A stretch of DNA of 64,000 bases from Thermoplasmatota archaeon (lineage in GTDB: Archaea; Thermoplasmatota; E2; JACPAO01; JAHFTW01), in assembly GCA_041601615.1 (NCBI GenBank), contig JBFIHX010000002.1:32001-96000 (forward strand), read 5' to 3'. Under the pieces are notes generated by a model that saw only the letters and a program-made list of their open reading frames with translations, was not told where the DNA came from and ran no database searches. This document shows positions 36,664 through 46,733 of this stretch, one piece after another. The first letter of the stretch is position 1, and each line of letters opens with the position of its first letter. The position numbers and the translations under genes were made by a program.

Positions 36664-37347
36664 TCAGACCTCAATTTGGATGTCGCAGACGCCCGGTGCA
36701 AAGTTGGCTTCCACCTGGACGTTGCTTACTTCGAACTCGCTCAAGTTGGCGACCGTCTTCAGAACGGCCGTGCCGTAATCGATGCTCGTGGGAAGGACAA
36801 CGTCCTGGCCGTCGCGCTGGCCTATGAGGACCGTGTTGCCGAGTTTGTCGGTGGCAATGGCGCCCTTGAAGTTGCTGATGCCGGAATCGTTCTTGGCTTC
36901 ACAGACGACGCCAACGCCGTCGACCGGGAACACAATGCCGCCGCCGTGGGTGTGGGAGCCAGGGTAGGTGCAGTTGGCCCAGTAGAACGAGGAACCCGAT
37001 TGGGCGCTGGCGCTTGCCTGCTTGGGGCCTTCGCCGTCGTAGGAGCTCGACGCGGTGACGGTGTGCTGGCCCTTGTGGTAGTAGTTGTTCTGTCCGGCGC
37101 CCATTTGGCCGTAGGTGTAAGCACTGGCAGAGTATCCGGCAGGGTGGTCGGCGGCGTACCCGGCAGAGCGGGCCCCAAATTCGCCGCATGCAGTGAATGC
37201 AGAGACGAGGATTTCCAAGTGGTCGTCGTCAGGGTACACCACAACGGATCCACCTACGCCCCAGTGCAAAGCAGAGACGGCAGGCACAAGGAGCAGGAAC
37301 GCTGCAAACATCGTGATGGAGATTTTTCCAGGAGTCTTGTTGGTCAT
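36664..37347 (-). CDS. Hypothetical secreted protein
   Basis: Signal ...FAAFLLLVPAVSA; G/S/Y-rich N-terminal domain plus Cys-bounded C-terminal domain. Confidence 0.75.
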   Translation of the reverse strand: MTNKTPGKISITMFAAFLLLVPAVSALHWGVGGSVVVYPDDDHLEILVSAFTACGEFGARSAGYAADHPAGYSASAYTYGQMGAGQNNYYHKGQHTVTASSSYDGEGPKQASASAQSGSSFYWANCTYPGSHTHGGGIVFPVDGVGVVCEAKNDSGISNFKGAIATDKLGNTVLIGQRDGQDVVLPTSIDYGTAVLKTVANLSEFEVSNVQVEANFAPGVCDIQIEV

Positions 37348-37505
37348 AGGAACCAATTTTCGCAGGCTGCGTGGGGAGTTTGACAGTATGCGTTTCGTCG
37401 TTCCCCTGGGAATAAAACAACCAAAGTTGGGCGGCATTGATTCCATGTTCTTGCACCGATTGCAAGCGCGACACCCTCAAATCCTCCTACCCGCAAGCCC
37501 CCTTC

Positions 37506-38363
37506 GTGGCCAAGGTCAAAATCGGCATCGTCCAAACCCACGCCGACGACACCCGGGAGGCAAACTTGGAGCGAACGCTCCGGCTCATCGACGAGGCCGC
37601 CGCCGCCGGCGCCAACATCGTGTGCCTGCAAGAGCTGTTTCTAGGCCCGTACTTTTGTCAGGAAGAAGACCACGCCGAATTCGACCGCGCCGAAGCGGTA
37701 CCGGGTCCCACCACAGACTTACTTGCCAAGAAAGCAGCAGAGCACGAGATCGTCATCCTTGTGAGTCTGTTTGAGAAGCGCGCCAAGGGCCTCTACCACA
37801 ACACGCTGGCGGTGCTCGACGCCGACGGCACTTACTTGGGCAAGTACCGCAAAATGCACATCCCGGACGACCCTCGGTTCTACGAGAAATTCTACTTCGC
37901 CCCCGGCGACCTCGGATTCAAGGCCTGGGACACGCGCTACGGCCGCATCGGCACCCTCGTGTGCTGGGACCAATGGTACCCCGAAGCCGCCCGCATCACC
38001 GCCCTGCAAGGCGCAGACATTCTGTTCTACCCCACCGCCATCGGCACCTGGCAAGGCGAAATGGAGGTCAAGGAGGAGCAACTGCGTGCCTGGCAAGCAG
38101 TCCAACGCGGCCACGCCGTCGCCAACAACGTCTACACCGTCGCCGTCAACCGCGTAGGCACCGAGGAGGAGCTGAATTTCTGGGGCCACAGCTTCGTTTT
38201 TGGACCGGCTGGCGAAACCGTCACGGAACTCGGAGAGGCCGAAGAAGTGCGCGTGGTCGAAGTGGATCTAGACCGCATCGAGACCGTGCGCCGCGGCTGG
38301 CCGTTCTTCAGAGACCGCCGCGTGGACGCCTACGAGGACCTCGGGCGACGTTTCGTCGACTAA
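37506..38363 (+). CDS. aguB: N-carbamoylputrescine amidohydrolase
   Basis: CLQELF, YFCQ, YRKMHIPDDP, YEKFYF, CWDQWYPE, YPTAIG. Confidence 0.92.
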   Translation: MAKVKIGIVQTHADDTREANLERTLRLIDEAAAAGANIVCLQELFLGPYFCQEEDHAEFDRAEAVPGPTTDLLAKKAAEHEIVILVSLFEKRAKGLYHNTLAVLDADGTYLGKYRKMHIPDDPRFYEKFYFAPGDLGFKAWDTRYGRIGTLVCWDQWYPEAARITALQGADILFYPTAIGTWQGEMEVKEEQLRAWQAVQRGHAVANNVYTVAVNRVGTEEELNFWGHSFVFGPAGETVTELGEAEEVRVVEVDLDRIETVRRGWPFFRDRRVDAYEDLGRRFVD

Positions 38364-38422
38364 GGCGAACATTTCTCTGGGCGACCACAACCTTCATGGG
38401 CTTTTGCCGCAAGTGCCCCAGC

Positions 38423-39436
38423 GTGCGCCTGGCTTTGCTGCTCTTGACGTTGACTCTTCTCTTGCCAGGAGCCGCCGCAACGCCGACCGAAGAGCCCGAA
38501 TTTCAGCCACTGACAATGTATCCTCAATACACCAGCATCCTCGGCCGAATCACCCGCGACCCCACACCGGACCCGTGGGTTTGGACAGACGACTCGGTGT
38601 GCCTCGACGAAGATGAGGTCCAATTTTCCATCTCCAGTGGCCGGCCCGTGCTGGAGAATGGCGAACTTATCGTCGAGGGCACCCTTGGCATGGATGGGCG
38701 AATCCAAATTGCAGCCGCAAGCACCCTGTCCTGGGTGGTGCAAGTACCCACGCTCCTACCTGTGCCCTCCGTGATCGTAACTGCCAGCGTGGAGCTGGTG
38801 CAAGGCGAGATCTTGCTTCAGGGCCAGCACGAAGCAACCTTGGCTCCCGACGCCCCAACCTACGAGGCAACCAATGGAGCATTCGACATCCATCGCATCG
38901 ACATCCACTTGCAGGGCGAGGGTGACTACACCCAACTCGAACGTTCCACACTTGTCAACGTACGCATCGAATCCCCGGCCTGCCTGGCGAGGCACCACAG
39001 CAGCCCTGACCACCGACCCCAGTGGGACCTCGAAGCCGGCTCCCCATTGCAAGCAAGATCCCCCGTCTACGACGGCGAGACATTTGCCGCTTGGGTCGGC
39101 AGCGCCTGGGGCCCCGACGACCTTCGCATCGGAGACCTGCAAGTCAAGTGGCAAAGCGCCCAAGCCAACTACACACTCAGCCAGATCGACGGGGAGGCCA
39201 TTTGCCATTGCGAGAACGACTCCTACCAATTCTGGGTGACATGGGCCGGGCCCGACCCGGGCGACGCCTGGAGCGCCACCGCAGAAGTGGGAAGCCACGC
39301 GCACACCGGAACCCGAACCCTGTTTGCTGCCCACGGCGCAATTTCACCCACCCAAACCACGCCCGCCGGCAGCACCGGAACCACCCTCCTCCTGCTCGGC
39401 GTCCTTGTCATGGCCGCATCGTGGCGCCGACACTAA
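38423..39436 (+). CDS. Secreted protein with C-terminal TM anchor or sorting signal
   Basis: Signal peptide; ends TPAGSTGTTLLLLGVLVMAASWRRH. Confidence 0.7.
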   Translation: MRLALLLLTLTLLLPGAAATPTEEPEFQPLTMYPQYTSILGRITRDPTPDPWVWTDDSVCLDEDEVQFSISSGRPVLENGELIVEGTLGMDGRIQIAAASTLSWVVQVPTLLPVPSVIVTASVELVQGEILLQGQHEATLAPDAPTYEATNGAFDIHRIDIHLQGEGDYTQLERSTLVNVRIESPACLARHHSSPDHRPQWDLEAGSPLQARSPVYDGETFAAWVGSAWGPDDLRIGDLQVKWQSAQANYTLSQIDGEAICHCENDSYQFWVTWAGPDPGDAWSATAEVGSHAHTGTRTLFAAHGAISPTQTTPAGSTGTTLLLLGVLVMAASWRRH

Positions 39437-39617
39437 ACGGCCCCCCCACGGCTAGCTTCGCCGCTTGCCCAAGAACATTTCTTCGTCGCGCCGCACAGGT
39501 TCATAAACCAACTCGGCAGGTAATCAACACGACCCGGGCCGGCCCTGGAAGCCACACCACCACACCGAGGCATTTCGAGGACCACCCCACCGGCTCGGGT
39601 CCTCAACTTCTAAGGCG

Positions 39618-39941
39618 CTATTTGGACGGCAATCCCGCCGTGAACGCCAATGCCCGTTGTGTCCACTCGCGCAATTGGTCGTCGTCCGCGATGCCTTCAG
39701 GCAGAACATACATCATGCTCGGCATGGGCCGTCCCGTGAAGTCCATATTCGCCGTCTCCGGCTCTTTGCGGTATTCGGCCACCAACTCCTTCGACAGACG
39801 CAGCATCATCTTGTCACCGACGATGCCGCAAGCCATATTGCCCCGGTCCAAAAAACAGAGGCCGCCGAACATTTTCTTCTCGGTCACGTGCGCGGGCATT
39901 GCGTCGCGCATCCGATCGGCGAGCCCCGAATCAAAGGCCAT
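39618..39941 (-). CDS. TfoX/Sxy N-terminal domain protein
   Basis: MAFDSGLADR, EKKMFGGLCF, GNMACG, MDFTGRPM. Confidence 0.88.
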   Translation of the reverse strand: MAFDSGLADRMRDAMPAHVTEKKMFGGLCFLDRGNMACGIVGDKMMLRLSKELVAEYRKEPETANMDFTGRPMPSMMYVLPEGIADDDQLREWTQRALAFTAGLPSK

Positions 39942-39962
39942 GCAAACGGATGGGCGCCCTGA

Positions 39963-40283
39963 TTATTTGGGCGGGAGGGTCCGTGCGTACGCAAGTGCAC
40001 GATCCATCCACGCTTCGAGCGCGCGGTCTTCCGCCACGTCCTCTTGATCCACCAGGAACCAACCCGCCATTGGCTTGCCCTTGCCCATCGGATCAAACGG
40101 CACCACTCCTTCCGTGACCGCGTCCGCATCGGGCCCGAGGCGAACCAGCAAAGCATCCTTGGAAACGCCGAACGCCATGTTGCCTTCAGAGAGCCAACAA
40201 CGAGCGCCAAATACGTTCTTCTCGCGGGCACCGCCGGGGGCCAAATCACGAAGGCGCGATGCAAGGACCTCGTCGTAGGCCAT
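39963..40283 (-). CDS. TfoX/Sxy N-terminal domain protein (paralog)
   Basis: MAYDEVLASR, EKNVFG, GNMAFG, KPMAGW, LPPK. Confidence 0.85.
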   Translation of the reverse strand: MAYDEVLASRLRDLAPGGAREKNVFGARCWLSEGNMAFGVSKDALLVRLGPDADAVTEGVVPFDPMGKGKPMAGWFLVDQEDVAEDRALEAWMDRALAYARTLPPK

Positions 40284-40375
40284 ACCCCATGAGTCCATTG
40301 GTCGCACTTGTTCCTGCCGGACCGGACCGGCGGACCTGGGACAATCCTTTCAGCCTCGACCAGCGACTGGCAACC

Positions 40376-40909
40376 ATGGAACAAGCGACCCTCGGCGGAG
40401 GCTGCTTCTGGTGCGTCGAAGCAGCTCTTCTGCAACTCAAAGGTGTAGCAAGCGTCGTAAGTGGCTACGCAGGCGGCCCCTCCCCTTCCCCGACCTACGA
40501 ACAAGTATGCTCCGGCCGCAGCGGGCACGCAGAAGTGACTCAGGTCACCTTCGACCCCGCCATCATCACATTCGCCGAGTTGCTGGAGGTGTTTTTCACC
40601 ATCCACGACCCCACGACCAAAGACCGCCAAGGCGCCGACGTCGGGAGCCAATACCGCAGCATCATCCTTGCCCACGACGACGAGCAAATGGAGGCCGCCG
40701 GCCGCGTCGCAGCGGAAGTCCAAGCCTACTACGACGCGCCCATCGTCACTGAAATCGTTCGACTTGAGAAGTTCTGGCCCGGCGAAGCGCACCACCAAAA
40801 CTACTACGCCCGCAACCCCAACCAAGGGTACTGCGCCGCCGTGATTGCCCCGAAGCTCGCCAAGTTGCGACAGAAATGGGCGCACCGGCTCAAAGCCCCG
40901 GCAGCCTGA
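40376..40909 (+). CDS. msrA: Peptide methionine sulfoxide reductase A
   Basis: GGCFWC, SGYAGG, GHAEV, HDPT, HQNYY. Confidence 0.96.
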   Translation: MEQATLGGGCFWCVEAALLQLKGVASVVSGYAGGPSPSPTYEQVCSGRSGHAEVTQVTFDPAIITFAELLEVFFTIHDPTTKDRQGADVGSQYRSIILAHDDEQMEAAGRVAAEVQAYYDAPIVTEIVRLEKFWPGEAHHQNYYARNPNQGYCAAVIAPKLAKLRQKWAHRLKAPAA

Positions 40910-40934
40910 AGTTCCAAACCCATTCGACGAACCC

Positions 40935-41924
40935 GTGCCCTGGCGCCTGCCCGCAGAATGGGAACCACAGTCTACCGTCCTCTTCGTCTGGCCCCGCGAC
41001 CCCTTGACTTGGCCCGACCGCCTGCCCGAGGCCCGCGCCGCCTACGCAAGCGCCATTCGGGCCGTCGCAGCCCACCAAGACGTGGACCTCGTCGTCCATC
41101 CCGACTTGCTGGCCGATGCCAAGGCGGCACTCGCGGGCGTCGAGCGCGTCCGATTCTGGCCCACAGTGCACCAGGACAGTTGGGTGCGCGACTACGGACC
41201 CCTCACCCTCGTGGACGACCAAGACGGCCGACGCTTGCTGAAGTTCGAATTCGACGCCTGGGGCGGAAAATACGAGAGCCTTCTTGCTGACGACGCCGTA
41301 GTAGGACGTCTCGTGGACGCCGGATGTCTCTCCAAGCCCGAATTCGTGCCGTTCGTGCTTGAAGGCGGCGCCGTCGAAACCGATGGCCAAGGCACGTTCC
41401 TTGCCACCGAATCCGTGTGCGAAGGGCGCGGACAGACCCTAGCCGAGCACGAAGCGGCCCTGCGTGCGCACCTTGGTGCAAAGCACGTCATATGGCTCGG
41501 AGAGGGCATTGAGGGCGACGACACAGACGGCCACATCGACACCCTCACCCGGTTCGTTCGGCCCGGCACCGTCGTGACCACCGTTGCGCCCGAAGGACAC
41601 CCGGATTACGATGCGCTGGCTGAAAATCGAAGGCGACTCGCTGCGGCAGTGGACGCATCGGGACAACCCTTGGAGGTCGTGGAATTGCCCATGCCGCCCG
41701 CACAGAGCACGGACGACGGCGAGCCATTGCCCGCAGGCCATGCCAATTTCCTGATCACCAACGGCTGCGTGCTCGTGCCAGGCTTTGGCGGTCCTTCGGA
41801 TGCCGTCGCCGCCGAGATGCTAGAGCGGCTCGTGGGCCGGCCGGCGGTTTTGGTGGACCACCGATCCCTCATCTGGGGCTTTGGCGGAATCCACTGTCTT
41901 TCGATGCAGCTACCCAAGGCCTAG
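40935..41924 (+). CDS. aguA: Agmatine deiminase
   Basis: PAEWE, WVRDYGP, EGG, DDTDGHID, GGIHC; start inferred. Confidence 0.92.
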   Translation: MPWRLPAEWEPQSTVLFVWPRDPLTWPDRLPEARAAYASAIRAVAAHQDVDLVVHPDLLADAKAALAGVERVRFWPTVHQDSWVRDYGPLTLVDDQDGRRLLKFEFDAWGGKYESLLADDAVVGRLVDAGCLSKPEFVPFVLEGGAVETDGQGTFLATESVCEGRGQTLAEHEAALRAHLGAKHVIWLGEGIEGDDTDGHIDTLTRFVRPGTVVTTVAPEGHPDYDALAENRRRLAAAVDASGQPLEVVELPMPPAQSTDDGEPLPAGHANFLITNGCVLVPGFGGPSDAVAAEMLERLVGRPAVLVDHRSLIWGFGGIHCLSMQLPKA

Positions 41925-41939
41925 AGGCCAGGGACTGAT

Positions 41940-42494
41940 TCAGCACTGTCGGATGCCAGGAGTCAGGTCCTCCTTCTCGCAAATGTGCCCTCCCGTGATG
42001 GCTTCGCCGCGACCATCGACGTAGTTGTAGCAATCCAGCGGATCCGGGAAGACCGTGCACGGGCTGTCGGAGGTCGAAATCAAGGCACCCGGGTCCACTC
42101 CGAACGTGTTGGCCGACTGGACCGTGACCACATAGGGAGACTCCACCGCGACACGCACGCCAGTGACGGTGATGTCGAAGGCAGTGCAGTAGTTGGCAAT
42201 GAAGGAGATCGTGGCGACGCCATTGGCACCATCGGCGTGCTGACCTCGAACGTCGAGGTCCACGCGGTCAAGGGGCGTCGCGTAGCTCAACGTGACCGTG
42301 TAGAGCTTCGGAATCCAAATGGCAAGGCAATCCATGTCACCATGGGTGCTGAAACGGTGGGTGTCCACGTCGTTTGTGTCCACGGTGCCGACGAAGGGGC
42401 CGGGGCTGGGGAGGCCTCCGATGCCGGCTAGAGAGCCTGGTGCAAGGAGGAGGGCAGTCGCGAGCAAGCCTAGGAATGCGGGAAATACGCGCAT
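41940..42494 (-). CDS. Hypothetical secreted Cys-containing protein
   Basis: Signal peptide; beta-sandwich-like domain plus Cys-rich tail. Confidence 0.7.
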   Translation of the reverse strand: MRVFPAFLGLLATALLLAPGSLAGIGGLPSPGPFVGTVDTNDVDTHRFSTHGDMDCLAIWIPKLYTVTLSYATPLDRVDLDVRGQHADGANGVATISFIANYCTAFDITVTGVRVAVESPYVVTVQSANTFGVDPGALISTSDSPCTVFPDPLDCYNYVDGRGEAITGGHICEKEDLTPGIRQC

Positions 42495-42630
42495 GAAGTG
42501 TGATTGTCGCATAGGGCATCAGGGTTTGCAGGAGGGCCCGGTGTATCTACTTCGCAATTCTCCATACATGCAAGGAATGTGTTACGAAAATCACCAGCAA
42601 GTTTGATGATGCTGTGGTTGATTCCATTTC

Positions 42631-42894
42631 ATGCGCGCCCTCACCATCTGCGCAGCCATTCTACTGACCCTCGTGCCGACCACTTCCGCCCACGACAACC
42701 CGCCACCAGACCCCACTTTGCTCGGGCACCACTACTGCCAGATTTCGTTGCCCCTGTGGGACTATGCCATGTGCCAGGAATCATATTGGCTCAGTGCCGC
42801 CACGCAATTCATCACCTTGGGCCTGCCCTGGACCGTGTACACTGGTCACCAAGCTGGCTGCCATGTCGTTGGTGGACCCGCCTGCATCATGTAA
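42631..42894 (+). CDS. Small secreted Cys peptide (87 aa)
   Basis: MRALTICAAILLTLVPTTSA plus mature part with 4 Cys. Confidence 0.65.
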   Translation: MRALTICAAILLTLVPTTSAHDNPPPDPTLLGHHYCQISLPLWDYAMCQESYWLSAATQFITLGLPWTVYTGHQAGCHVVGGPACIM

Positions 42895-42970
42895 TCAGGA
42901 TTCGCCAGCCAAGCCCACGCGCCCCTCGGAGGGCCAACGATGATGAACAAGGCCCGCTTCGGCATGGCCT

Positions 42971-44413
42971 ATGCCCCACTTGAGCGCCGCATACTCCGTG
43001 ACTGCACGGCTGGAGATTGACAACCGCCCCGGCATGCTTGGTCGCATCGCGACGCGAGTTGGAGAACTGGGCGGAAGCTTGGGCGCCATCGACATGGTGC
43101 GCACTACCGACAACGGCCGCACCATGATTCGCGACCTGCAAATCGAAGCCGAGGACGAAACGCACGAACGCCGCATCCGCGACGGCCTCCAAGGCATGCA
43201 AGGCGTGAATGTTCTTGCCGTATCAGATTTGACATTCCTTGCGCACCTTGGCGGCAAAATCGAAGTCCACAGCAAGCTGCCTCTGAAAACCCGAGCTGAG
43301 CTTTCCATGGCTTACACGCCGGGTGTCGCCCGCGTCTGCCGCGCCATCGCAAAAGACCCGTCCGCCAGCCACAACCTTACCATCCGCCGCAACACCGTCG
43401 CCGTGGTGTCCGACGGCAGCGCCATTCTTGGCCTTGGAAACCTCGGCCCCATGGCCGCCATGCCCGTAATGGAAGGCAAGGCACAGCTCTTCAAGGAATT
43501 CGGCGGCGTAAACGCCTTCCCGCTCTGCATCGACCTGCACTCGGCCGACGAAATCGTCGACTTCGTCAAGGCCATCGCCCCCACCTTTGGCGGCATCAAC
43601 CTCGAAGACATCGCCGCACCCACCTGCTTTGAAGTGGAACGCCGCCTCAAAGAAGACCTGGACATCCCCGTCTTCCACGACGACCAACACGGCACCGCCG
43701 TCGTGATGCTCGCCGGCATCATCAACGCCCTCAAAGTCGTCAAGAAGGCCCTCGTCGACTGTAAGATCGTCTTCAGTGGCGTCGGAGCCAGCGGCACCGC
43801 CTGCACCAAGATTCTGCTTGCCGCCGGAGCCAAGAACATCATCGGCTGCGACAGCCGCGGCGCCGTCCACCTCGGCCGCACGGACTTGAACCCAAGCAAG
43901 CGCGAATACGCCGAAATCACCAACCCCGACGGATTCTCGGGCACGGTCCAAGAAGCCCTCGCCGGAGCCGACATATTCGTGGGCCTCTCGGGACCAAACC
44001 TCCTGAAGCGCGCCGACGTAGAAGCGATGGCCGACAAGCCCATCGTTTTTGCCATGGCCAACCCCGACCCCGAAATCACTCCCGAAGAAGCAGGCGACAA
44101 GGTAGCCGTCATGGCCACCGGCCGCAGCGACTACCCCAACCAAATCAACAACGTCCTGTGCTTCCCCGGCATCTTCCGAGGCGCCCTAGACGCCAGCGCC
44201 ACGGACATCAACGAACCCATGAAACTGGCCGCGGCCCACGCCATCGCCAGCCTGGTCGCCCCCGAGGAATTGGGCCCCGAATACATCATCCCCAGCGTCT
44301 TCCACCCACGCGTTGGCAAGGTCGTCGCTCGCGCCGTCAAGAAGGCCGCCATCGAAAGCGGTGTATGCCGCACACGCCACAAGCGCTACGAGTCCCTGGA
44401 AGCCACAAGCTGA
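42971..44413 (+). CDS. NAD(P)-dependent malic enzyme with N-terminal ACT domain
   Basis: DNRPGMLG (ACT), YTPGVA, MEGKA, NLEDI, FHDDQHGTA, GRSDYPNQINN. Confidence 0.95.
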   Translation: MPHLSAAYSVTARLEIDNRPGMLGRIATRVGELGGSLGAIDMVRTTDNGRTMIRDLQIEAEDETHERRIRDGLQGMQGVNVLAVSDLTFLAHLGGKIEVHSKLPLKTRAELSMAYTPGVARVCRAIAKDPSASHNLTIRRNTVAVVSDGSAILGLGNLGPMAAMPVMEGKAQLFKEFGGVNAFPLCIDLHSADEIVDFVKAIAPTFGGINLEDIAAPTCFEVERRLKEDLDIPVFHDDQHGTAVVMLAGIINALKVVKKALVDCKIVFSGVGASGTACTKILLAAGAKNIIGCDSRGAVHLGRTDLNPSKREYAEITNPDGFSGTVQEALAGADIFVGLSGPNLLKRADVEAMADKPIVFAMANPDPEITPEEAGDKVAVMATGRSDYPNQINNVLCFPGIFRGALDASATDINEPMKLAAAHAIASLVAPEELGPEYIIPSVFHPRVGKVVARAVKKAAIESGVCRTRHKRYESLEATS

Positions 44414-44511
44414 CCCGATAGGCGACCCGCAAAACCGGGGACGGCATGCGGCGCCGCCATATCTCGTAGCAGAATACAAGTACCGATGCAGACCAATCAA
44501 CAGGGTCTGCC

Positions 44512-45003
44512 ATGTACACTTCCGTCATTCGCGACCATTTTGCCGCCGTCCTGCGCATCAGCCTCGGCTGGGTCTTCTTCTGGGCATTCCTGGACAAATT
44601 CCTCGGGCTCGGCTATGCCACCCCCCGCGCCCGCGCATGGGTCAACGGCGGCAGCCCCACCCAAGGATTCCTGGGCAACGTCGAGGGGCCCTTCGAGTGG
44701 CTGTTTTCTCCCATGGCCGGCAACGTCGCCATCGACGCCATCTTCATGCTGGGGCTGCTGGGCATCGGACTAGCATTCCTGTTCGGCATCGGCATGCACA
44801 TTGCCGGCTGGAGCGGCGCCGTGATGTTGACACTCATGTGGCTCGCCGTCCTGCCACTCACAAACAACCCCTTCATGGACGACCACCTGATCTACGCCGT
44901 GGCAATGCTGCTCCTGGTGTTCATGCACTCCGGACGAACCTGGGGCTTTGGTGATTGGTGGAGCAAGCATCACGTCGTCCAGCGATACAGGTGGCTCGAA
45001 TGA
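44512..45003 (+). CDS. DoxX/DoxD-like membrane protein
   Basis: LRISLGWVFFWAFLDK, GGSPT, NPFMDDH. Confidence 0.85.
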   Translation: MYTSVIRDHFAAVLRISLGWVFFWAFLDKFLGLGYATPRARAWVNGGSPTQGFLGNVEGPFEWLFSPMAGNVAIDAIFMLGLLGIGLAFLFGIGMHIAGWSGAVMLTLMWLAVLPLTNNPFMDDHLIYAVAMLLLVFMHSGRTWGFGDWWSKHHVVQRYRWLE

Positions 45004-45458
45004 GCACCAAATCCCCGGCGACAACCCACGCCAAGCCTCGAGCCAGTGCCCCCAAGGCCTCGAAAACGGAAGCCCGCCCCGACGCTCGCCCCGTGCGCCG
45101 CGTCGTGGTCCCCATCGAAGGAACCGACAGCGAATTCTTGACCCAGGAACTCGCAGCAGAATGGGCCTCTGCCCTCGGCGTATCCGCCCACGCCGTCCAC
45201 GTAAGCGCCGCCCCCGACGAAGCCAACGAAGACCTCTGGAGCTATTTTCAGAAAGCCTGCGACCGCTGGGGTGTCGAACTAGACACGCAACAATTGGCCG
45301 GCACCGACGCAGCCCAGGAAATCCTCGCTGAATTGGACGCCATGGACTTGCTCGTCATTGGAACACGCCGACTCACGGGCCGATTCCACGTGGGAAGTGT
45401 CACGCAGGCGATTTTGCGGGACGCTCCTTGTGCCGTGCAAGTAGTGCGGTTGGAGTAG
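45000..45458 (+). CDS. Universal stress protein
   Basis: VVVPIEG, DLLVIG, GSVTQAILRDAPCAV. Confidence 0.9.
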   Translation: MSTKSPATTHAKPRASAPKASKTEARPDARPVRRVVVPIEGTDSEFLTQELAAEWASALGVSAHAVHVSAAPDEANEDLWSYFQKACDRWGVELDTQQLAGTDAAQEILAELDAMDLLVIGTRRLTGRFHVGSVTQAILRDAPCAVQVVRLE

Positions 45459-45497
45459 GTCGGGAGCCCAAGCGCCCCCTGCAGCTACGGCGCGAAC

Positions 45498-45710
45498 CTA
45501 CGACCAGATTACGCCAGTAGCCCAATGCACCCCGAACGCCACGAGAACGACGCCCACAACTTGCAAGAACCGAGGCGCAGCACCCTTCCATATCATGCGC
45601 GCACGAGCCTCCAAGAGCCGATACGGCACGAATTTCGTCTTGGTCGTGGAGCCAAGAAAGAACAACAGCCCCATGACCGCCATTAGAGAGCCCCACGCAA
45701 TCTCCAGCAT
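45498..45710 (-). CDS. Small 2-TM membrane protein
   Basis: Two TM flanking YRLLEARARMIW. Confidence 0.6.
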   Translation of the reverse strand: MLEIAWGSLMAVMGLLFFLGSTTKTKFVPYRLLEARARMIWKGAAPRFLQVVGVVLVAFGVHWATGVIWS

Positions 45711-45864
45711 CACGCTGCACCCCCCGCGCTCGATAGAAGATTGTCCAACCAACCCGAGGCCAGGCAAACCATCCTCCGTTTGCTTGGCGGACCGTTCTAA
45801 CCTTGTCCGAGACCGGTTATATGCGAAGGGGTCGGACTAAGGGGTTGTCCAGGAGGACGCGCAC

Positions 45865-46644
45865 ATGACCAAGACGACCAAAATTCTGACTCTCCTTGCC
45901 CTCACCGCTTTGGTGATGGGCGCCATCGCCTCTCCGGCACTTGCTCGCGAACACGACGACGAGGACGGCAGCGACCGACCCGGACGCGACGCACGACCGG
46001 ATCAAGCCGAACGCAAGAGCGACCGACAAGAAGCCAAGTCGGACCGCCCCGAGCGCCACATCGCCGAACGCTGCAAAGACGCCGCAAACTCAACCGATGA
46101 AATTCCCGCCGCTTGCAAACGCATCGCCAAATCCATGGGCGCACTGGCCCGCTGCCGCGCTGCCGCCGCCGACAACAGCACCGACGACAACTCCAGCAAA
46201 CTCCCCTCCTCCTGTGACCGCCTCCTAGAGGTCCACGACGGCGAACACAAAGCCCGCCGCGCCGCCCACGCCATCATCAAAGCAATCGACGCACTCGAAC
46301 ACCGTGTCGCCCGCCTCGAAATGAAGGAAATGAAGATCCAAGAGCAACTCGATGAGGGCAACCTCACCGTCGAAAACGCCACCAAGGCTCAGGACCGCAT
46401 CGACCGCATCCAAGAAGCGCAAGACAAGGCCCTAGAGCGCATCGAGCACCTCGAAGCGCGCCTAGAAGCGATCAAGGAACGCTGGGACGGTGCCCGCGAG
46501 CACGCCGACGCCCAGAAAGAAAAGCGCGAAAAGGCCCACGGCGACCACCATGATGACGAGGAGCACGAGGCCGAGAGCGAGGACGAAGAAGAGGATGAGG
46601 CCTCGGCTTCCAGCGGCAACAGCACTGCCGACCCCGCTCCCTAG
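45865..46644 (+). CDS. Secreted highly charged coiled-coil protein
   Basis: AGGAGG SD, signal peptide, two Cys pairs, long heptad region, acidic tail. Confidence 0.75.
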   Translation: MTKTTKILTLLALTALVMGAIASPALAREHDDEDGSDRPGRDARPDQAERKSDRQEAKSDRPERHIAERCKDAANSTDEIPAACKRIAKSMGALARCRAAAADNSTDDNSSKLPSSCDRLLEVHDGEHKARRAAHAIIKAIDALEHRVARLEMKEMKIQEQLDEGNLTVENATKAQDRIDRIQEAQDKALERIEHLEARLEAIKERWDGAREHADAQKEKREKAHGDHHDDEEHEAESEDEEEDEASASSGNSTADPAP

Positions 46645-46733
46645 AACTTGACCGCCCCCGCGCCCTCCCGGGCCGGGCCGCTTAGCCGGTTCGACCCGGA
46701 CCCCTTTTTCACCCACTCTCGGTTGTCCCTACC

